Origin: Candidatus Ozemobacteraceae bacterium
GTDB taxonomy: Bacteria; Muiribacteriota; Ozemobacteria; Ozemobacterales; Ozemobacteraceae
DNA: 64,000 nucleotides
Assembly (NCBI GenBank): GCA_965140445.1
Contig: OZ223236.1
Span: 2,656,001 to 2,720,000, forward strand
Direction: 5' to 3'
Below the pieces are notes generated by a model. It searched no databases and was not told the DNA's origin. It worked only from the letters and a program-made list of their open reading frames with translations. Positions 1 through 9,347 of this stretch are shown piece by piece (position 1 is the first letter of the stretch; every line of letters begins with the position of its first letter). The translations under genes and the position numbers were made by a program.

Positions 1-140
1 TTAAATGTCAGCCAGGTATAAGCTACTCTGTTGGCTTTATCGCGCCCAGAGGGAATTACTATTGCGCGTTTGTGGGGAGTTTCTTCGGCCTTTTGTCTAA
101 TAAAGGCTGACATGTTAACAAGGTTGGGAGATGAGTTCAT
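1..140 (-). CDS. oleC: 5' part of OleC-like AMP-dependent ligase / beta-lactone synthetase (runs off window)
   Basis: Not in ORF track. Manual translation from ATG at 140 (GGAG SD upstream) gives MNSSPNLVNMSAFIRQKAEETPHKRAIVIPSGRDKANRVAYTWLTF, a typical adenylate-forming enzyme N-terminus. Lies 14 bp after oleB. Confidence 0.75.
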   Translation of the reverse strand, partial: MNSSPNLVNMSAFIRQKAEETPHKRAIVIPSGRDKANRVAYTWLTF

Positions 141-154
141 AAGTCTCTCCTGTT

Positions 155-1045
155 TCAGGGATTTTCTTGAAAAAAGTCTTTCATTAAGGAGAAAACCTCA
201 GCTCCTACATCCTCTAATAGGTAATGTCCAGCGTGGAAGCTATGAAATTTTGCTTTTGGTAAATGTTTTTTCCAGGCTTCATAAAAATATCGGTTGAAAC
301 AGAAGTCTTTTCTTCCAAAGCAAACTATTGCAGGGATGTGTTGCAACTTTTTTAAACCCTCTTCAACGCTAATAAGTTCAGCATACGAGGGGTCGTTTTC
401 CAATAGAGGAATATCCTGGACAAATCTTGTGGTTGCCACTCTGTTTTCAGGGCTGTCGTAAGGAGCTGTAAAACCCTTTTTTATTTTTGGGGACATCCCT
501 TTTATTGAGCAGGTGTGGCTTGCTATCCAGGAAAAAGCATTACAATTGGTATTTAACCAGGCGCCAATCCTGGTGTGACGAAACGCCCAAATTGGCCATG
601 GAAAAGGACAATTAGCAGGCAATCTGAAGGCGGCGGTATTTAAAATCACAATCCTTTTGATCTTATCTGGGTGTCGGGTTGCGTAACCCATACCAATAGC
701 TCCACCCCAATCATGTACAATCATGGTGATTTTCTGATTAAGATTTAGGCTGTCGATAAGTTTTTCCAGATTATCGATGTGATTTTTAAGCATGTATGGA
801 AACTTTTCAAGGGATGGTTTATCTGAAAGCCCACAACCAATATGGTCTGGGGCAATAGTTCTATAATTGCCCGAAAAGCTTTTTATCATGTCGCGATAAA
901 GAAAAGACCATGATGGGTTCCCGTGAACCATTACAAGGGGCTCACCTTCGCCCTCGTCAACATAGTGTTGCTTTATTTCTCCATGAGAAATGAAATTACT
1001 TTTGAATGGATAAATATCTTTGAATTCTTCTTTATTAAAGGCCAC
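155..1045 (-). CDS. oleB: OleB-like alpha/beta hydrolase (beta-lactone decarboxylase, haloalkane dehalogenase family)
   Basis: HGNPSWS, HDWGG nucleophile motif, C-terminal AGHYLLED; sits between oleA and oleC; GTG start 1 bp after oleA stop. Confidence 0.88.
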   Translation of the reverse strand: MAFNKEEFKDIYPFKSNFISHGEIKQHYVDEGEGEPLVMVHGNPSWSFLYRDMIKSFSGNYRTIAPDHIGCGLSDKPSLEKFPYMLKNHIDNLEKLIDSLNLNQKITMIVHDWGGAIGMGYATRHPDKIKRIVILNTAAFRLPANCPFPWPIWAFRHTRIGAWLNTNCNAFSWIASHTCSIKGMSPKIKKGFTAPYDSPENRVATTRFVQDIPLLENDPSYAELISVEEGLKKLQHIPAIVCFGRKDFCFNRYFYEAWKKHLPKAKFHSFHAGHYLLEDVGAEVFSLMKDFFQENP

Positions 1046-1046
1046 G

Positions 1047-2087
1047 TTACCATTCCCATCCTAGCATCATACTGTTTAATCCGCTTCCTATTCCAATAAA
1101 TCCAACCTTATCTCCAGACTCAAGAACACCTCGCTCTTCTGCAATTGCTGCAGTAACTGGCAAGGAAACCGTTCCCATGTTCCCAAGGAAAGGGAAGGTC
1201 GAAAAATCTTTGTCTAAAGACAAACCGAGATTGTTTAAAATTGCATCTCTATTTGCTGCCGCGACCTGATGAGAAATGATTTTGTCCAGCTCTTCTCTTG
1301 CCCATCCCATTTCAGTAAAGAAGGCGTCTCCGACTTTACGAATCAACTCTCCGCCATGGCGTAACATACCAATCGCATTGGTTTCCATCATTTGAGGCGC
1401 TCGCGCAGGAATTCTTTTGTCTGCTCCCCAGCGGCACATTCCGTGGTAATGAGGTGCCCCCATAGCTATTCCACTGAGAAGTTTTGGGCCCTTGTGACCG
1501 AAAGATCCATCGCTCAGAACCACTCCAACAGCACCAGAACCGCCAGTCATAGTGGCGAGTGCCTGCTTGAAAAATTCCATTGTCCCTTCCTCAAGCATAC
1601 GTTGGATCATTATTTGAGTGATTTCTCTTGCTGTTTCACATGCTACAACGACGCCAGCCCTAATTTGACCGAGCTCAATTCTGTTGGCAACATCAAGAAT
1701 TCCATTCATTACCCCAAGACAGGCGTTTGAAACATCACAAATAACAGTTTCGGCTTTAACTTTTAGCTCTGCCGCTACGTGACAAGCTGTCGCTGGTTCG
1801 TAATTATCACGACAAACTCCACCGTACACAACCGCTCCTATTTCTTCTATGGGAATATCTGTTTCGGCTAAAGCTTTCTTAGCGGCTTTAGCTGCCTCAA
1901 TTGCATTAATGTGTCCGGGGTTCCACCAACGACGTTCCCTGATTCCGGTTAAGGCTTCAAGTTGTCCGGGCTGGAGGTACAGCTTTCTGTACAGAGGGGC
2001 AAGTTTTTCCTCAATCCAGTTAGACGATATAACGTTCTGTGGAAGCTCGTATCCGATTGATTCAAGGAAAACACGACTGAATTTCAT
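1047..2087 (-). CDS. oleA: OleA-like thiolase/FabH-family acyl condensing enzyme
   Basis: RDNYEPATA (OleA-type Glu), DVSNACLG (Cys), HQV, GNMG, GIGSGLN; context with oleB/oleC. Confidence 0.88.
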   Translation of the reverse strand: MKFSRVFLESIGYELPQNVISSNWIEEKLAPLYRKLYLQPGQLEALTGIRERRWWNPGHINAIEAAKAAKKALAETDIPIEEIGAVVYGGVCRDNYEPATACHVAAELKVKAETVICDVSNACLGVMNGILDVANRIELGQIRAGVVVACETAREITQIMIQRMLEEGTMEFFKQALATMTGGSGAVGVVLSDGSFGHKGPKLLSGIAMGAPHYHGMCRWGADKRIPARAPQMMETNAIGMLRHGGELIRKVGDAFFTEMGWAREELDKIISHQVAAANRDAILNNLGLSLDKDFSTFPFLGNMGTVSLPVTAAIAEERGVLESGDKVGFIGIGSGLNSMMLGWEW

Positions 2088-2123
2088 AACCGCCCCTTTC
2101 GCAATTCGGAAAGGATAGCAAAC

Positions 2124-5100
2124 TTAATCATCAATTACAACCCTGAGTGCAAAATCTTTCATACCATAAACAATTCTGCCGTCTACCTGTAAATAGCCCT
2201 CTGCAAATATGGTGTGTGTTGAATCATCTATTTTAGTTACTACAGCATCTACTGTTACCATGTCATCCTTTGGAATGACCTGGCCTCGATATGTCCATTT
2301 ATGTTCAACGCCCAAAGCAATAGGTTCAAAATGGCATGCTCTATCTTTAAGCTCAGTACCCCATCTGTGGATGGCAGCAACTTTTAATAGCTGAAGGAAG
2401 GATTCCAGACCAAGTGAACCAGGAATAACAGGATCCTGGTAGAAATGAGCTTTGAAGAACCATTCAGATGGATCAACTTTTTTCTTGCCCTGAATCACTC
2501 CAAGACCATTTGGACCACCATCTGGAACGAATAATGAAACATTATCCAGCATAAGAAGAGCTTTTCCTGGAAGTGTAAGTCCATTCATTACTTCAACATT
2601 GTTGTCATCTGGAGTTAAAGGAGCAACTACGGCTAACGGGAAGTCTACGTGTCTGCTTTTTTCAGCTTCAGTAGCCTTATAAGGCTCTTCTCCGCGAATT
2701 CCAATCTGGTTTGCAAGTGCTTCTTCAGCAAAGAAACCAAAAGTTGTTTCGCCGTCATAAATTAATCTGCCTTGTTTTTTTACTGTAAATTTGAATGATT
2801 GAATCAACATACCAGCGGAATTTGCCGCTTTGGTCGATACTATATCCGCAGTTAATGTTCCTGAATTTACATTGATATCCTCATAAAGCGTTGCTTTACC
2901 ATCGAGATTTCTATAGTGAAGGGCTTTGTCGGATTGGAATGCAGAACCCATAAAACATGAATACCAGCCACAAACCTGAAGAGGGAATTCCAAAAAGATG
3001 GCAAAAGGAATACTTGTCTGTCTGTTTGCCTTAAAGAACCAGGCATCAGGTTTAATGTCAAATTGGCCCTGAACATGTCCTCCGGTTTTTATAATAAAAG
3101 GTTCTGCATCAACAGCAGTTATTCTATCAACCAATAAATATGGAGGGTTGGGAAGTCTGGCAAGAAATCTATCGGAGTCAAAAGGCTTCAGTTTATCGCC
3201 AAAACACAGAGATGGCTTTCCAATAGCGTATTCTAAGATCTGCTGTCCGGTGTAAATTGCTGGAAGCATTTCGGGGTCTACTGAAGCTGTAACAGCCTGA
3301 GGAGCAGCTACAACAGGCTGATTCCCTCGTCTGCTTAACCACAGATTTTCAATTTCTGTTTTATTGGTTCCGGTCAGGCGAATTGACATATTCAATACCT
3401 GAACAATTCTATTGCCATCTGCAAACATTAAAGCATCTGCAATTGCGTATGGCTCTGGATTGTAGCCAAGTTCCTTGATGGTAATTTCATAAAGAGCCTT
3501 CTTGGTGCCAGGTATAACCTGTCCACGGCATCGAAGTTGACTTTGGACTTCAGGAATAGGTTCAAATGCGCTCTTAGTGTAGTCAGAAACCCAACCCATT
3601 CTAAGAAGGAAAACTCTCAGTGACTGCATACAAGATTCATACATAAGAGTTCCTGGCATAACCTGATCATCAGAGAAATGACTGGTCAGGAACCATGGAT
3701 CAACCGGAATATCAATTTCGGCTTTAATCTGGCCAAGGCCAAATCGTCCACCAGTTGGGTTGATTTCAGTAATTCTGTCGATCATTTTCATCATTCCGGA
3801 AGGGATTCCCTGAGGAATAATGTCAATGCCTGCAAACTGGCTTCCGAAAGCAGCTTCAAGGTTGCCAGCTCTAAGGGCGTCAAGACGATCGTCGCTGTAT
3901 GATTCAATGGTCATTTCTGGCAAAATTTCTTTACCAGCAAACATTTGCTTAGGCTCAAGGCGAGTGTCTTCTTCTGTTAAAACAATTCCCTTTCCGTCGG
4001 CAAGCTGCTTATCAGTAAAGAAACCAGCACAGCCTTTTCTCATGGTAATGAGTTGTTTTCCATCAACGGTGCCGTCAAATTCGAAGAAAAACAGGTAAGT
4101 GTCAGCCTGACGGATAAATCTATCGACTTTGATGTCATAATTAACAACGTCTCCCGGTCTGGGAAGTGGACCATGGAAGGTTACAACTGCATCCAAAAGG
4201 CGATATTTAGCCAAGCCCTTTGTTTTAAAATCTATGCCAAGCCAACCTGAAAGGAAAAGATCTGCCTGGCCAGCTTCTACTGCAAGCCCGGTAGGCATAC
4301 AATAGTTATCGAGATACCATGCATCTGGATAAACATCGTGCTGAGTGACGCAACGGCCTTTGCCCAGACTTCCTTTTTCGCCTTCAACGAGGGTCATTCT
4401 GTCCACAAAATTCAATGGGATATCTGGAAGTCTAACTCTGGTTGGATATTGATCAATTGGCGCGAAATAATCGCCCAGTGCTTTTCCAATTTTGCCAATT
4501 GCGTATTCCATTGATTTTTCTCTATCCATGAACAATGGGCCTTCGTATTTAGGTGGCATTTTATTTGGATCAGCATGAACCACAGTTTTTGGTGCGGATA
4601 TAAAGTTTTCAGCGGGGGCGGAACCTGAAATGGTTGTTGGGAACTGGAAAGCAGCATTTGGAGCATGACCTTCCATTATGGCTATCTGTTGCTGAAGAAG
4701 CTGCATCTGAGCTGACAAATTTGAATTTGCGAGTTTCAAGAAAGCTTCATGGGCACTGGATGTAGCCATCTGTGTGTTCTGCCATTGCTGAAGAAGGGAA
4801 ATTTTAAATGCATCCTCATTACTCATTGGCATTTGGTTTTGAGAGGCTTGTGAATTTTGAGGAGTCTGATTATTAGATTGATATGCAATTTGAACTGCTT
4901 CTGGTTTTTCTTGCATTGGTAAAATTTCCTTCATTGGTTTTGGTGGAATTACAATTGCTTGTTTCGGTGGCAATTGAACTGGCTGTGGTTTAGTTATAGC
5001 CGGTTTTGGTTGAGAGATCTGAACTGGAGCTGCAGGCTTTGATATTGGTTTTGTTACAGGAGCTGTAGCTTTCAATTCAATTTTTCTTCCTACTGGAACC

Positions 5101-8100
5101 TTAATTATTGGTCGTTTTCTTTCCGGGGCTGTTTCATTTTTGTTGATCAGATCCACATAAAGAGGGGCCAAATCAACTGTAATATTATGAGAAGCTACTT
5201 CTGCAAGGAATTTGAGAAGAGTTGACTGCTCAGATTGCCCAAACATTAAAGCTGATCTTGCGAAATGTGGTCTGTCCCCAAGAATTTTGTTAGTCATTCG
5301 GGTCATTGAGCTTCTCGGGCCAATTTCAAGGAATATTCTAGCACCCTCTGCATAAGCAGTTTCAACGCATTTTGGAAAATCAATTTTTCCAATACACTGT
5401 GCAAGAATTGAATCAGCTGATGCTTCTTTTTCTGGTGTGAATACAACACCCTTGCCACTGCTGATATATTTTACTCTAGGCATAGGTGTACAATCATAAA
5501 CATGGAGATTTCTGTAATCTTCTGAGGATGGTATAGCGGCTGGACAATGTACAGATGAAACGCCATCTATAGGGAAGAATGGTTTATTTAGCTTCTTAAC
5601 GAGTTCTTCTACCTGGGGCTTGTTGCCGCCAATAATACATTCATCAAGAGTATTTACGATCAGAATATATGCTTGATCAAATTCTTTAATAGCCTGCTCT
5701 ACATCTTTTGCAGGACAATTTATAAGGCCAAGAATCCATTCTACATTTTCAGATTTTTTTAAGCCCCAATGTTTTCGTGCAGAATTATATTCTCCAATTA
5801 ATTCTGAGGTGAAAAGGTTCGATTTACGCATTCTACGAACCATTTCATCGCGTTTCTGCCATGTTCTGGTTGAGAAATTTCCAGCGGTTTCGCCAAGGCT
5901 ATAACCCATTACAATTTCTGGTTCAATGCCGAAGCTTCTTACTACATCGCTTACCAGTGCGCAGCAAGAAACATGACTGAAAACCAGAGAATTGTGATCA
6001 TCAATCATTGCCTTTTCAGCATCTTTTTCCCAGCCTTTTTCCCATGATAAGCGCCAAGGCGCAACATATTTTGGGGCGAATTGTGCCGCTAGAAGATCGA
6101 ACTCTTTGTCTAGTTTTCTGAGATGTTCAGGCCACATTCTTCCTAGTTCTACACCCATTCCAAGGTAGTGGTTGCCTGAGCCTGGGAACATAAAGGCTAT
6201 TTTGCCTTTTCCAGAAAGTGGGGTAGGGGTATAGAAAACCTTTTCATTAATTTCAAGATCAGGTTTGAAAGCCTTGCCTGGAGAATTGGTTATATGAGAA
6301 ACACATATAGCAATGCGTTTTGCCGCTTCTTCAAAGGTTTGAGCTACAAAGGAAATGCATACTTTATCGCTTTTTTTCTGCTTATTGCCTTGCCACCATG
6401 CAAATGCGGATTCTCTAAGTGAATCAAAGCTTTTGAAGCTATTTTGCAAAGCTGACAATTTTTTCAGAAGTTGATCATTTGATTCTGCGGAAATTATAAA
6501 GACTGTTTCCGGGCTCTGATTTACAGGAAATAGTCTTTTCTTCGCAGATTTTTCAATTGCATTCGGGTTCAATTTTTCATCATTTTCAAAGCCCTGTAAA
6601 ACCAGGTTGTAACATGTTCCATCAACTGAAAATGCATTCACACTTGCTGTTCTTGGACCTTGAACCTTGTTTCTTAGCCAATACTGAGGCTTGTCGGGAG
6701 TGAAAAGAAAGTCTTTTCTATCTTCAAGAGGCTCAATGGGAGAAATCATTCCAGGAAAAGCCGGAAGTATTTCGTTGAAGATACTTAAGCTGGCTTTTGC
6801 AACTGAAAAAAGTCCAGAAGCTGCGCCAGTATAACCTATGACAGATTTGGCTGAGCTAAGAGCACATAGTTGGTCATTAGTTTTAAATCTATTAGCATCC
6901 GTGACATTTTTCTTTGGGAAGAACTCGTTGATTGCTTTTGCTTCTTCGAGATCTTCAGCCGGAATTCCACTGCCGTTTGCTTCAATCAGGCCAGTAATTT
7001 CTGGAGAGAGTTCTGCCTCTGCATAGGCTTTTTTCATTGCAGACAAAATTGAGGACTTGTCTGGGGCATTTTTTTCAACGGCATTTGAGTGACCTATGCC
7101 CTTGATAACAGAATAAATAATATCCCCATCTCTTATCGCATCATCAAGTCTTTTTAAAACAACTGAAACAGCGCCTTCTCCAGGGAAAGACCCATCAGCA
7201 CTATTATCAAAAGGAACAGAGCCGCCTTTTCTAGAGAATGGTTTAACTGAATCTACACAAATTATATTTCTTAAATCGCCTGAAAGATCAATTGCACCTA
7301 CAAGTGCAGTATCAATTTCATTTCTTTGTAAGGCGCGCATTCCACTTTCAAGAGCCGAAAGACCTGAGTTTTCACCGCTTGAGAAAGTGTGAGATGGTCC
7401 GCCAACGTGAAATTCTCTGGCAACACGGCTGGCTACGATTCCGCCTAAAGAGCCTACTGTTCTGGTGTTGCTTAATGGTGGGGTGGCAGCATCTTTAACT
7501 TCATTCAGAGGCTTGCTTGAAAGCTTAAGTGATGCGGTTTTGGAATTGTTTTTCCATCTGACAGCAAAGTTCGTGCTTTCCAGGTCTAGCCCAATTCCAA
7601 TGTAAACACCCCAATCTTTTGCCATTTCTTTGGAGTGCTTGATTCCTTTTAATGCGTCATCTACGGTTTGAAGCATTAAAAGCTGTTGAGGAAGAATTTC
7701 TGGAATTTCAGCTGGTGATATTCGAAACTTACCTAATTCAAGGTCTAGTTCATCAAAATAATTGCCTTCTGAGACCCACTTTTCATTTAGTTTAAAAGGA
7801 TGTCTTGAGTCGGAAATCTCGTTTTTAACAGGTTTGCCTTCAAAAACAGCTTTTTGAAAGGAATCTAAAGAAAGCAGGCGTCCTGCACGAGTTCCAATTC
7901 CAACTATTGCAATTTCAACCGGTTTTTCGGCTGCAGATTTCTTTGTTGACTTATGAGAAGACTGATTCCATTCTTCCAGAAGAACATGCCCATCTATACC
8001 GCCAAATCCAAAAGCTGATAGAGCACACCTTCTTGGTTGCCCTTTCTTTAAAGGTTCCCATTTTATAGGGGATTTTAACACTGTAAATGGACTTTCTTCC

Positions 8101-9347
8101 ATTTTCATTACCGGGTCAGGTGTTTCAAAATTGGCTTCTGGGGGGAGTGTTTCATTTTTTAATGAAAGTAGTAGTTTCATCAAACCTGCAGCACCTGCTC
8201 CAGTTAAAAGATGACCAACATTTGATTTTACTGAACCGATAACGCATTTGTTTTTTGGAAGATCTCTTCCTTCCCATAGCTTGCGTAAGCTGGCGAATTC
8301 AACGGCATCTCCTTTTGGAGTACCAGTGCCATGGCATTCAATCAATTGAACATCTTCTGGTGTCCAGCCAGCCTGAGCATAAGCATCGTGCATCGCTCTA
8401 ACCTGTCCGTCAGTGTCAGGAGCCAAAAGGCTTCCTCCAACATCATTAGCAAGACCGATTCCTTTAATTACTGCGTAGATATTATTTTTATCTTTTAGTG
8501 CATCTTCAAGTCGCTTTAGAACAAAAATTCCAGCACCTTCACCAACAACCAGGCCATCTGCTTTTTTATCAAATGGGGCACAGACTCCCGAAGGAGAAAG
8601 GGCTCTTAACTGAGAAAATCCCATTTGGGTAAACTGAGATGAGGGGCGGGAAACTCCTCCAGTAAGAACCGCATCAGCTCGCCCAGAGGCCAATTCCTCA
8701 CTTGCAAGTTTTAATGCATAGAGAGAGGAGGCACAAGCTGCGTCCAGGGTAAAAGCTCCGCCTTTAAGTTTGAGAGCTCTAGCCAGAAGACCGCCGGGAA
8801 GTTCTGCGGAGAATCTGTTCTCTGGCGCTGTTTTCAGGGATTTTGTAAGTTCATCAAGACTTAAATTAGAGCCAGCAGCCCTTGCTTCAAGGATTCTGGT
8901 GAATACGTCTACAGTTATGGCTGAAGCGGTATCTGTCGGAAGAACAATATTAGCAAGAATAACAGGGAATTTTTCCGGGTCAATATTTTGAGCATTTGCA
9001 TCTTTAAAAGCATCTCTACCAGCCTGAAGAGTTATTGAAAACAGAGGGTCGAGTTTTTTTATTTCGCTCTCATCAATGTTTAAACCCGAAAAATCAGAAG
9101 GAATATTTCTTAGAAAACAACATTTTCTGGAAACAACCTTATCAAATTCTCCAGCTTTGTTGGAATGGAAATTGCCGACGCTTTCAGGCCATCTGCCTTC
9201 TGGCACTTCGGCCGAAGCAGATTTTGCATCGTTAATGTTTTTCCAGAAATCATTCAGGTTTTCCGCACCGGGAAAAATCCCACCAATTCCAACAACTGCT
9301 ATATCAAGAGGCTTCTTATTTTTATTCCTGCTACTATTGTTATTCAT
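2124..9347 (-). CDS. pfaC: PUFA synthase PfaB/C-type fusion (KS-CLF-AT-DH'-DH-DH'-DH)
   Basis: Active KS (DAACASS, ECHGTGT, GHLL); second KS lacks Cys/His (SSGENSG, EANGSG) = CLF; AT GYSLG; FabA-like DH motifs SHFSDDQVMPG and AHFYQDPVIPG; TAATG overlap with pfaA stop. Confidence 0.9.
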   Translation of the reverse strand: MNNNSSRNKNKKPLDIAVVGIGGIFPGAENLNDFWKNINDAKSASAEVPEGRWPESVGNFHSNKAGEFDKVVSRKCCFLRNIPSDFSGLNIDESEIKKLDPLFSITLQAGRDAFKDANAQNIDPEKFPVILANIVLPTDTASAITVDVFTRILEARAAGSNLSLDELTKSLKTAPENRFSAELPGGLLARALKLKGGAFTLDAACASSLYALKLASEELASGRADAVLTGGVSRPSSQFTQMGFSQLRALSPSGVCAPFDKKADGLVVGEGAGIFVLKRLEDALKDKNNIYAVIKGIGLANDVGGSLLAPDTDGQVRAMHDAYAQAGWTPEDVQLIECHGTGTPKGDAVEFASLRKLWEGRDLPKNKCVIGSVKSNVGHLLTGAGAAGLMKLLLSLKNETLPPEANFETPDPVMKMEESPFTVLKSPIKWEPLKKGQPRRCALSAFGFGGIDGHVLLEEWNQSSHKSTKKSAAEKPVEIAIVGIGTRAGRLLSLDSFQKAVFEGKPVKNEISDSRHPFKLNEKWVSEGNYFDELDLELGKFRISPAEIPEILPQQLLMLQTVDDALKGIKHSKEMAKDWGVYIGIGLDLESTNFAVRWKNNSKTASLKLSSKPLNEVKDAATPPLSNTRTVGSLGGIVASRVAREFHVGGPSHTFSSGENSGLSALESGMRALQRNEIDTALVGAIDLSGDLRNIICVDSVKPFSRKGGSVPFDNSADGSFPGEGAVSVVLKRLDDAIRDGDIIYSVIKGIGHSNAVEKNAPDKSSILSAMKKAYAEAELSPEITGLIEANGSGIPAEDLEEAKAINEFFPKKNVTDANRFKTNDQLCALSSAKSVIGYTGAASGLFSVAKASLSIFNEILPAFPGMISPIEPLEDRKDFLFTPDKPQYWLRNKVQGPRTASVNAFSVDGTCYNLVLQGFENDEKLNPNAIEKSAKKRLFPVNQSPETVFIISAESNDQLLKKLSALQNSFKSFDSLRESAFAWWQGNKQKKSDKVCISFVAQTFEEAAKRIAICVSHITNSPGKAFKPDLEINEKVFYTPTPLSGKGKIAFMFPGSGNHYLGMGVELGRMWPEHLRKLDKEFDLLAAQFAPKYVAPWRLSWEKGWEKDAEKAMIDDHNSLVFSHVSCCALVSDVVRSFGIEPEIVMGYSLGETAGNFSTRTWQKRDEMVRRMRKSNLFTSELIGEYNSARKHWGLKKSENVEWILGLINCPAKDVEQAIKEFDQAYILIVNTLDECIIGGNKPQVEELVKKLNKPFFPIDGVSSVHCPAAIPSSEDYRNLHVYDCTPMPRVKYISSGKGVVFTPEKEASADSILAQCIGKIDFPKCVETAYAEGARIFLEIGPRSSMTRMTNKILGDRPHFARSALMFGQSEQSTLLKFLAEVASHNITVDLAPLYVDLINKNETAPERKRPIIKVPVGRKIELKATAPVTKPISKPAAPVQISQPKPAITKPQPVQLPPKQAIVIPPKPMKEILPMQEKPEAVQIAYQSNNQTPQNSQASQNQMPMSNEDAFKISLLQQWQNTQMATSSAHEAFLKLANSNLSAQMQLLQQQIAIMEGHAPNAAFQFPTTISGSAPAENFISAPKTVVHADPNKMPPKYEGPLFMDREKSMEYAIGKIGKALGDYFAPIDQYPTRVRLPDIPLNFVDRMTLVEGEKGSLGKGRCVTQHDVYPDAWYLDNYCMPTGLAVEAGQADLFLSGWLGIDFKTKGLAKYRLLDAVVTFHGPLPRPGDVVNYDIKVDRFIRQADTYLFFFEFDGTVDGKQLITMRKGCAGFFTDKQLADGKGIVLTEEDTRLEPKQMFAGKEILPEMTIESYSDDRLDALRAGNLEAAFGSQFAGIDIIPQGIPSGMMKMIDRITEINPTGGRFGLGQIKAEIDIPVDPWFLTSHFSDDQVMPGTLMYESCMQSLRVFLLRMGWVSDYTKSAFEPIPEVQSQLRCRGQVIPGTKKALYEITIKELGYNPEPYAIADALMFADGNRIVQVLNMSIRLTGTNKTEIENLWLSRRGNQPVVAAPQAVTASVDPEMLPAIYTGQQILEYAIGKPSLCFGDKLKPFDSDRFLARLPNPPYLLVDRITAVDAEPFIIKTGGHVQGQFDIKPDAWFFKANRQTSIPFAIFLEFPLQVCGWYSCFMGSAFQSDKALHYRNLDGKATLYEDINVNSGTLTADIVSTKAANSAGMLIQSFKFTVKKQGRLIYDGETTFGFFAEEALANQIGIRGEEPYKATEAEKSRHVDFPLAVVAPLTPDDNNVEVMNGLTLPGKALLMLDNVSLFVPDGGPNGLGVIQGKKKVDPSEWFFKAHFYQDPVIPGSLGLESFLQLLKVAAIHRWGTELKDRACHFEPIALGVEHKWTYRGQVIPKDDMVTVDAVVTKIDDSTHTIFAEGYLQVDGRIVYGMKDFALRVVIDD

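Noticed and set aside
155..1045. Haloalkane dehalogenase call
   Set aside because: Same family, but the position between oleA and oleC makes OleB much more likely
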